NCBI GenBank assembly: GCA_951406725.2
Contig: OX597814.1
Span: 12,152,001-12,216,000 of the forward strand
DNA from: Octopus vulgaris
Lineage: Eukaryota
DNA: 64,000 nt
Reading direction: 5' to 3'
The notes under the pieces were generated by a model. That model was given only the letters and a program-made list of their open reading frames with translations. It did not search any database and had not been told where the DNA came from. Made by a program: the position numbers and the translations under genes. Below, piece after piece: positions 54,010 through 64,000 of the stretch. The stretch's first letter is position 1; every line of letters begins with the position of its first letter.

Positions 54010-55156
54010 ATGCGGGCAGTGAACTTAGAAGAATTTTGGTCTTACCTCTAGGCAGAACATCGTAAAAATGGACAACCAAGAATTGATAGACCAGGACCCG
54101 AGTTTTGTAATGAAATTTTAAAATATCGCTACAGCATGCCAGTATATTTGGTTCAACGCCAAGCCGTTAACAGCCGAGATCAGTGAAAAGATTTCTATAA
54201 ACATTTTAAATATATTTCAATGAAGCTTTACACAACGTATTATCGGTATCGACTGCTATTTCCAGCAAACATTGGTACCTTGTCGTACCACTATTTCTTA
54301 TTTATAATTCTACCTGTACGGTGCTTTATTTGGCTGGAAAGTGATACTATTGTTTTGCAATGATATATATATATTATATGATTTGCTGAGATTAGTATAA
54401 AAAATAGACAGTGTATAATCGTTTTCAAATTTTGGCACAAGACCAGTAGTTTCGAGGGAGTGGGTAAGTCGATTACATCGACCCCAGTGTCCAACTGGTG
54501 CTTATTTTATCCGAAAGGATGAAAGACAAAGTTGACTTTGGTGCAATTCGTACTCAGAACGTAAATACGGACGAAATCCTTCCGAGCATTTTGCCCGGCG
54601 TGCTAACGATTCTACGAGTTCGCTGGTGTGTATAATTATAAAAAACAAAACTACGAAATCGAAGCTGCTGCCTTCGTAACTCAATGCTTGTCGTTGCTGC
54701 TGCTTTAAAAGTATCGTGCTTTGTATTGTATTTTAAACGTATTATAGTTCCTTAAGATGCTCAAATTTTGTTGAAAAAATTTTCATATTGTTCGACTGCT
54801 AACACATACAAGGATTTATTGCCAACACATAAAAGGATTTGTACAAACTAGCACTGCACTGCATCAATAAAAAAACAACAACAAACAAACTATTATTAAA
54901 GTTCGCAAATTAGAAAATATATTTGCAACCGAAGCAAGACTTCATTCGGAGCGTCATTATTCACAACTCCCAAATATAAAGTTTATATAGTGTTGCAGTA
55001 TGGCGTGTCCTCCAAGAGGCAAACCACTCGAGCGTGATATTTGAGCAGAACTTAATGAAACGAGAATTCAACTGACTCATGACAGAATGATGTGGTGAAC
55101 TGGAAAAATACACACACACACACACTCACACAGACACAGACACAGACACACACACA

Positions 55157-55229
<73 letters not shown>

Positions 55230-56720
55230 CAAACACACACACATAAACACAGAAAGACACACAAACACAGAATAAAGAATTTCGTTGAAGTGATTTTCCC
55301 CTCGTGATGAGTTGTAGTGGGAAAATATATAACAAAAAAAGGAAAATACACACAAGTTATATATTTTGGTATATTTTATAAGATAGAATATTATGATGGT
55401 CTAATGGTTTCGCGCTTTGCTAATCACGACTGGGAATTTGGTGAAAATATTGCAATTTCGTAGTATAATAAGGAAATTGGAGTCCATGTTGTTTGTATGA
55501 AAGTTTGTCTGTAAATGAACCTGCATATAGAAAATCCTAAGGGGAGGCAATTGGTGATTGCTATTATTCGAGACAGGGAAGGTATTTACGCATTTTTATG
55601 GGTACACTTTTTGTAGGGCACACGTTTTTGTAAATTTATAGTGTTTATATTACGAAGTTATAAATTCATGAATTAAACTAGAGGACTAAGATATGTACAG
55701 AGTTGGTATTGCGTTCATGAATTAAAATAATTATAAAATTCAAAATTGGCTATGCGTTCATATTCAGGCTCAGTTTGTATTTTTCAATAAATATATTCTC
55801 TTTATTTAATCGGCCTCGTATAGAGATTGTTTATTTGCACAGGTAGATGGGAAAACTGTGAAGTTTGGTTGAAGATTACCCGTATATTTCCCTATGTGTT
55901 CGTTTAATGGTATCATCCTGTACCATTGAGAAATGAATATGTTCCTTATGCAGTGTAGTTCTCCGTCTAAGTCACATCCTTGGTTGGCCTATATAGTTTT
56001 GTCCAAATACTGAACAAGTTATATATACATACATACATATATACATACATACATAGATGCATACATACATACATACATACATACGTCTATATATATATAT
56101 ATATATGCTAGAAACGTAAAACACCGTTTCTTCCCTGAGCGTATTTTAATACTTTGCATGTACCATGTCCTAGCATTGTTGCTTTTTCTTGTGTTTTTCT
56201 TCGTTTTTTTTACGTTATATCGTAAATAGGTAGGGATATAGTTTACAATATATTATTGAGAAGAGATATTCAAGATTTTCTCAAGATTATTAACAATTTA
56301 AAGGAAAACAAACCTAAAAATTGAGCACAATCGGTATCATTGTTTTGCCCCAGGTTATTCCTGATCACCGACATAATCAAGCAGAGACACCTGTTCTTTT
56401 CTATATTTAGGACTACATTCTTCAATGAGCTTTCTGTTTTAATATGGTAAGGTGTGATTTTAGCAATATTTGTTTAGTTATTTGTTATTTTTTAAGTCTT
56501 GTATCTTTTACCTATTTCAGTCGTTGTACTGCAGCCATACTGGGACATTGTCTTGAGAGGTTTTTAGTCCAGCGAATCAACCCTACCACTTGAATAATAT
56601 GTGCGGTAATTATTCTATCGGACTGGTTTACCGAACCGCTACGTGGGGGTAAACAAGCTAATACAAGTGAGGGACAAATACAAACACACCCACCCACACA
56701 TACGCACACACACACATACG

Positions 56721-56775
<55 letters not shown>

Positions 56776-57487
56776 AGGCATACACACAGAGGCGTACACA
56801 TATGCGATAGGCCTCTTTCATATTTTTCGTCCATTAAATCCTCTCACATGGCTTTGGTTGAACGAGGCTATAGAGGACATTCGCCCAAGGTGCCTTGCTT
56901 CGAAATTGAAAACGCAGGTATGTGGGTGGAAGGCAAGCTTCTTACCAAACAGCTATGTATGAGCCAATATGAGCAGCTTCATAGAAGTCACACTTTGGTC
57001 TAACAGAATATAATTTTTTACAGAGACGTTTGATTTTCTCTTGACGGATACAAATGCTAAGAAGCCCTCTTCATACATTACTCAGTATCATTATGAACTC
57101 AAGACAAGTAAATATTATAATATTGCTGTGTTTTGTGAGGGCCGTTACTTACAAAGATCGAAGCCAGATCGCAAAGCTACTTGCTGGTGGTAGCTAAACA
57201 ACTTCAAGCAATGGTAGTTGAACAACTTTTCTTTAACACTGGTCCTACTTCTAGATAATACCTTTCTTTCTTAAATTAAGAACGGCCCGAGAGTTATAGA
57301 GAAAATCAATGTGACTGTTTGATGTTTTTATATTGCTGGCTGGCTACGAACTTGGATTAAGGTTCGTACTGCATATAATGGTAGATGTTTAATATATTTC
57401 TTTGCACATTTACTCCAGCACCTACTGTACATATGCACACACAGTGGCTTCCATTCACACTAACAGCACCACCACCACGACCATCAC

Positions 57488-58125
<638 letters not shown>

Positions 58126-58251
58126 TGTAGGGAACTGTGGGCAGATATACACAACTGGAGAAATAGATAGCGGCAGGTATTACCATAAAATGACTTTGCA
58201 AAGTAATTCTAGCATGACATCAAAGGAGACAATTTTCATTTGTAATGATAT

Positions 58252-58315
<64 letters not shown>

Positions 58316-58644
58316 CGTATATATATATAGTGCTTGTATATATGTGTACTTGTGTGTGTATGTTTGTTTAAGGCAACAGGTTCAGTTGCACAGTATTACA
58401 CTAGTAGGGTGTTGCCCGAGTGTTACCTTCTTTAAAGTAGCGCTTTAGTAGAATATGATACCCGCATCATCATCGTCGTCATCATCGTCATCATCGTCAT
58501 CATCGCCATCATCATCCTCGTCGTCGTTTTCCATAATCATAGCAGTATCCGCAACAACAACAAAAATAATGCTAGCGTCGGCAACCAATATAGTTTACAC
58601 CATAGACAATAACAATAACAACAACAGCGATAGTAATTCTTTCT

Positions 58645-58985
58645 ACTGTAAACTGTAAAGACCGTCTTCGGCCATGAATGACCATGGCATTGCACCTCGA
58701 AGCTACCGAGGCACAAGTCCAGGCAAAGTTGTTTATGGAAGACCAACAGTCACCCATGCATACCAGCCTCCCCCTCTTCACACCACCGATGTTATCCAAG
58801 AGAACGGCAAAGACCGATACAGCTTGGTGCCAGTGACGTCACAGCTCACTTTTACAGCTGAGTGAACTGGAACAACGTGAAATAAAGTGTCTTGCTCAAG
58901 GATAAAACACACAGTCCAGTCCAGGAATCGAACTCACTACCTCATGATTGTGAGCCCGACGCACTAACCACCGAGCCATGCGCCT
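58645..58985 (-). mobile_element. SINE with family-D head and core but a different tail
   Basis: GGCGCATGGCTCGGTGGTTAG..GAGTTCGATTCC..TCCTTGAGCAAGACACTTTATTTCAC..CACTCAGCTG, then an unrelated tail ending (TTTACAG)2. Confidence 0.75.
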
Positions 58986-59009
58986 ACTATCGACACAGGA
59001 AATCAAATA

Positions 59010-59752
59010 CATTGATCCTAGTGCTGAAGTGGTACTTACTTTATCGATCTCAAAATTATGAACTGTAAAGTCGATCTCGGAGGAATATGATCTTAGAAAT
59101 TGAAGTCGGAAGAATATGTCTCTAAGCATTTTCCCGTCGATTTTGTCAGTTCGCCGCCATCTTAATAATAATAATGATAATCCTTTCTACTATAGGAACA
59201 AGGCTTGGAATTTGGGGCAAGGCATAAGTGGATTACATCGATTCCAGTGCTATAATGGTTCTTATTTCATCGATCTCGAAAGGATGAAAGGCAAAGTCGA
59301 CCACGGCGGAATTTGAAGTGAGAACGAATGGATTGACGAAATATCTGTTTTTTTATTACCCACAAGGGGCTAAACATAGAGGGGACAAACAAGGATAGAC
59401 AAACGGATTAAGTCGATTACATCGATCCCAGTGCGCCACTGGTACTTAATTTATCGACCCCGAAAGGATAAAAGGCAAAGTCGACCACGGCGGAATTTGA
59501 AGTGAGAACGAATGGATGGACGAAATATCTATTTCTTTACTACCCACAAGGTGCTAAACACAGAGGAGACAAACAAGGACAGACAGACGGATTAAGTCGA
59601 TTACATCGATCCCAGTGCGTAACTGGTACTTAATTTATCGACCCCGAAAGGATGAAAGGCAAAGTCGACCACGGCGGAATATGAACTCAGAACGTAACGG
59701 CAGACGAAATACCGCTAAATATTTTGCCTGGCGTGCTAACGATTCTGCCAGC
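59010..59752 (-). mobile_element. SINE family A array (3 units) plus an adjacent degenerate copy
   Basis: Repeated cores and junctions. Confidence 0.85.
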
Positions 59753-59753
59753 T

Positions 59754-59790
<37 letters not shown>

Positions 59791-60430
59791 TTTTTCTTTC
59801 TCCTCTCTTTTCCTTCAGCTAATCCCGTGAAAGCGTTACAATTACATTCCCTCTACCTCACGTCATGGACGCTTCTCTCTCCATATTTTTCACACTCCCT
59901 CTTTTTTCTCTCTCTCTTTTCTTTATCCCTCTTTTTCTCTAGTTACGTGAAAGCATTACCGTCGGGCTAAGTAACGTAATGACAGTAGAACTTTTATAAG
60001 ATTTTTTTCTACAATAGGTAGAAGGTCTGAAATTTTGGGAAGGATACTACTCAATTTCACGATCCCAGTGCTCAACTGGTAATTATTTCATTTACACCAA
60101 AAGATGAAAGGCAAAGTCGAAATTTAAACTCATAATGTAAAGTACCGGAAGAAATGGCGCTAGGCATTTTGTCCGGTGTACTAACGATCCTTCAAGCTCG
60201 CTGCCTTCAGTTTCAGGTTTTGGCACAAGGGCAGCATCTTTTGAGAGGAGGGGTAATTGATTATATCGACCTCAGTACTTACTTATTGACCCCGAAAGAA
60301 TGAAAGGCAAAGTCAACCCTACGGAATTTGAATTCAGAAATGAAAGAAGCGGAAGAAATACCGCTAAGTATTTTGTCCGGTATGTTACCGATTATGGCAG
60401 CTCACCACCTTATTCAACAATAATAATTGT

Positions 60431-60605
60431 GGCGCAGGATTGGCTGTGTGGTAAGTAGCTTGCTTGCCAACCACATGGTTCCGGGTTCAGTCCCACTGCG
60501 TGGCACCTTGGGCAAGTGCCTTCTACTATAGCTTCTGGCCGACCAAATCCTTGTGAGTGGATTTGGTAGACGGAAACTGAAAGAAGCCCGTCGTATATAT
60601 GTATG

Positions 60606-60691
<86 letters not shown>

Positions 60692-60900
60692 TGTGTGTGT
60701 GTTTGTCGCCCCAACATCGTTTGACAACCGATGCTGGTGTGTTTGCGTCCCCATAACTTAGCGGTACCTCAAAAGAAACCGATACAATAAGTACTAGGCT
60801 TACAAAGAATAAGTCCTGAGGTCGATTTGCTCCATCAAAGGCGCTGCTCCAGCATGGCCGCAGTCAAATGACTGAAACTAGTAAAAGAGTAAAGTGTAAA
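60431..60900 (+). mobile_element. SINE family B
   Basis: Full-length copy. Confidence 0.9.
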
Positions 60901-61139
60901 AGAATAAAGATTTCATCGACCCCAGTGTTCAACTGGTACTTATTTCATCGACTCCGAAACGATAATGGGTAAAGTCGACTCCGGCGGAGCTTGAACGCAG
61001 AATATGAAAACGGACAAAATACTGCTAAGCATTTTGTCCGGTATGCTAACGATTATACCTGCTCGGCGCCTTATTCAACAACAATAACAACAAATAGTCG
61101 TTCACACTATCATCATAGTCAGCTACACCAACAATAAAC

Positions 61140-61545
61140 AGCGTCACCGCCACCAGCACAACCAGCACCAGCACCACCACCACTGCCACCACTATTACCA
61201 CGACGACAACGACTACCACCACCACCACCACCACCACTGCCACCACTATTACCACGACGACGACGACTACCACCACCACCACCACCACCACCACCACTGC
61301 TACCACTATTACCACGACGACGACGACTACCACCACCACCACCACCACCACCACCACCACCACTGCCACTACTATTACCACGACGACGACGACTACCACC
61401 ACTGCCACTACTATTACGACGACGTCGACTACCACCACTACCACGACGACGACCACCACCACCACTATTACGACGACGTCGACTACCACCACCACCACCA
61501 AACCACCACCCACCACACCACCACCACCACCACCACCACCACACG
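61140..61545. repeat. CAC/GAC trinucleotide tract with a higher-order unit of up to ~60 bp
   Basis: ACTGCYACYACTATTACCACGACGACGACGACTACCACC.. recurs 5-6 times. Confidence 0.85.
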
Positions 61546-61971
61546 AGTCACAAGTGACAACAATAACCCTGATTATTACAAACGGATATTGCAGACCGAG
61601 GTTCGATTTCGCATTGTTTCCTAATTAAGTGAGACCCATGTATATTTGGACCGAGAGGCAATATCATGTCCTTTACTAATCGCTTCTGAAACTAATATTG
61701 ACACCAACGAGTGTAAGGTCAATTACAACAGTGGTGTTTATCAGTGTACATTTCATACGATCGGGTTACATATGTTTTTTTTTTTTAACTTTTGTAATTT
61801 TTTTAATTCTCTTCATTTTGTTCGGTACGGATTACATGTTATCCTGCACTGTAAACACATCTTGGATGTATGTCTTATGTGTGTGTTTTAGTTTAAATGG
61901 GTTTGTTTTGTTTTGTAACCCCAGTCACCTCTAATCGTGTACACCAACACACACACGCACACACACACACA

Positions 61972-62054
<83 letters not shown>

Positions 62055-62056
62055 GT

Positions 62057-62089
<33 letters not shown>

Positions 62090-62119
62090 CATATATATAT
62101 ATATGCATATATATATGTA

Positions 62120-62151
<32 letters not shown>

Positions 62152-62343
62152 CATATATATATATGTATATATATATATACATATATACACATATATATAT
62201 ATATATATACATACATACACGCACTTTCATATATATATGTGTATGTGTATATATATATTACATATAAACATATATATATATATATTCACATGCATATTCG
62301 CATATATACAAATACAGACACATGAGTACTTATGCGCGCGCGC

Positions 62344-62381
<38 letters not shown>

Positions 62382-62486
62382 GTGTGTGCATGTATATGAA
62401 TAAGCAAATGGACTGAATTTCTTGAGTTTCACGCCACTGCTATCATCTGTAGCTCGCAGTGAAGTGAAACTTAAGCTACGAGTTAT

Positions 62487-62542
<56 letters not shown>

Positions 62543-62629
62543 ATGTGTGTATGTACAGAGACAGAGAGAGAGAAAGAATTAATGGTACTGTGCTCGACTA
62601 TAAATATAGGGTTCGTAAAAAAAATATAT

Positions 62630-62995
62630 GCAGGTGTTGGTGTGCGGTAAAATATTTGCTTCCTAATCACATGGTTTCGGGTTCAGTCCCACAGCATACC
62701 ACCTTGTGCAAGTGTCTTCAGCTATAGCCAACACATGCCTTGTGAGTGGATTTGGTATAAGGAAACTGAAAGAAGAAGCTCGTCATATATATATATGTAT
62801 ATATAAACGAGAAAGAAGCAACAAGTATGGATTAGTTTTTAGTACAATTGTTTCATACAAAGACAGGCTTTATTACAAGTTGCAAAAATTGCAGCAGATA
62901 AAAGTGTTCCGTACTCATCAGCTAAAATACATATGAGTTCTCCAAACATCTTAGTGGGTGAGGTTATACTCATGAAATATTGGAGATAATTTTTA

Positions 62996-63033
<38 letters not shown>

Positions 63034-63270
63034 TCTCTATATATATATGTATGTGTGTGTGTCTTTTGCCCTCACCACGACTTGACAACCGGTGTTGGTG
63101 TTAGTGTGTGTACGTCCATAAGTCAGCGGTTTGGCTGAAGATGGCGATAGAATAAATCCCGAGCTTTACAAAAGATATAAGTATTGGGGTCAATTCATTA
63201 AACTAAGATTCTTCTATGCGGTGCACCAGCATGGCCGCAGCCTTACGACTGAAACAATTTACAGATAAAA
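62630..63270 (+). mobile_element. SINE family B split by a Penelope-like 3' fragment (62807-62990) in its internal TA tract
   Basis: Head 62630-62785 and tail 63050-63270 flank a ~185-bp segment homologous to ~32755-32940. Confidence 0.8.
62836..62927 (-). ncRNA. Type-I hammerhead ribozyme, paralog of 32783-32872
   Basis: ttttag-CTGATGA-gtacgga..tttgtat-GAAA-CAATTG-TA-ctaaaa; perfect 6-bp stem I. Confidence 0.8.
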
Positions 63271-63578
63271 GAGAAATGATACAGCAATATATAATAAAAA
63301 ATAACAAAAATGGTTTCTATTACATCAATGTAGCTTCTTTCTTTAGATGTTTTTTTTACATTTAGATTTTATGTCCTCTCAGCTGGCAAAAATTACTTGT
63401 GTCTGTAATTCAAAGTGTCAGACTTATCGCATTCTTTCACGCTGGACCTCCATGAGAACTATGTTAAGGTCACACGTGTATGTGTAGTACTCAGCCGCAT
63501 GAACGTTAATTTTACGTGCAGGCTGTTCCGGTGACCAGATGAACTAGAACCCTCGTCGTCATAACCGACGGAGTGCCG

Positions 63579-64000
63579 GTATTTATGTTATTAATATTAT
63601 TTCATTAAGACCGCCGAGGTCGACTTTGCCCTTCATCCTTCCGGGGTCGATAAATTAAGTACCAGTTACGCACTGGGTCGATATAATCGACTTAATCCGT
63701 TTGTCGGTCCTTGTTTGTCCCCCTCTGTGTTAGCCCCTTGTGGGTAGTAAAGAAATAGGTATTTATGTTATTAATATTATTTCGTTAAGACCGCTGAGGT
63801 CGACTTTGCCCTTCATCCTTCCGGGGTCGATAAATTAAGTACCAGTTACGCACTGGGTCGATATAATCGACTTAATCCGTTTGTCTGTCCTTGTTTGTCT
63901 CCCTCTGTGTTAGCCCCTTGTGGGTAGTAAAGAAATAGGTATTTATGTTATTACTATTATTTTGTTAAGACCGCTGAGGTCGACATTGCCTTTCGTCCTT
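63579..64000 (+). repeat. 180-bp tandem array: ~31 bp unique spacer + 5'-truncated SINE A unit; runs off the window
   Basis: GTATTTATGTTATTA..TTAAGA-CCGC(C/T)GAGGTCGAC.. starts at 63579, 63759 and 63939. Confidence 0.9.

Noticed and set aside
55843-55900. Splice acceptor followed by VDGKTVKFG, resembling a small GTPase
   Set aside because: A stop codon follows immediately, there is no WDTAG motif, and no other matching exons were seen.
61046-61544. Gly/Arg- and Val-repeat ORFs (GGGGSRRRRGNS)
   Set aside because: Stop-free trinucleotide tract with non-ATG starts and no splice or domain evidence.

Overview
AT-rich, repeat-dominated eukaryotic DNA. The dense (TA)n/(CA)n/(GA)n tracts and SINE families suggest an octopus/cephalopod genome (inference). 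No host protein-coding gene is recognisable, and almost all short ORFs in the track are microsatellite or SINE translations. Main contents: (1) a near-intact 3.7-kb CR1/L2-group LINE (CCCH-finger ORF1, APE-RT ORF2) inserted in (TA)n, plus a decayed relative at the window start; (2) a 5'-truncated Penelope-like element (RT + GIY-YIG) with long Asn-rich inserts and a hammerhead ribozyme (HHR) at its 3' end; (3) at least four tRNA-headed SINE families, one forming fixed-junction self-arrays and one sharing its 3' stem-loop with the LINE; (4) Tc1/mariner, hAT and Helitron remnants; (5) an apparently exact 826-bp tandem duplication. The most unusual signal is a set of about 8 type-I hammerhead-like motifs from several unrelated short repeat families, with palindromic stem III, mostly long stem II, and often lying in fold-back structures or TA tracts. 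All alignments and folds were done by eye, so boundaries are approximate.
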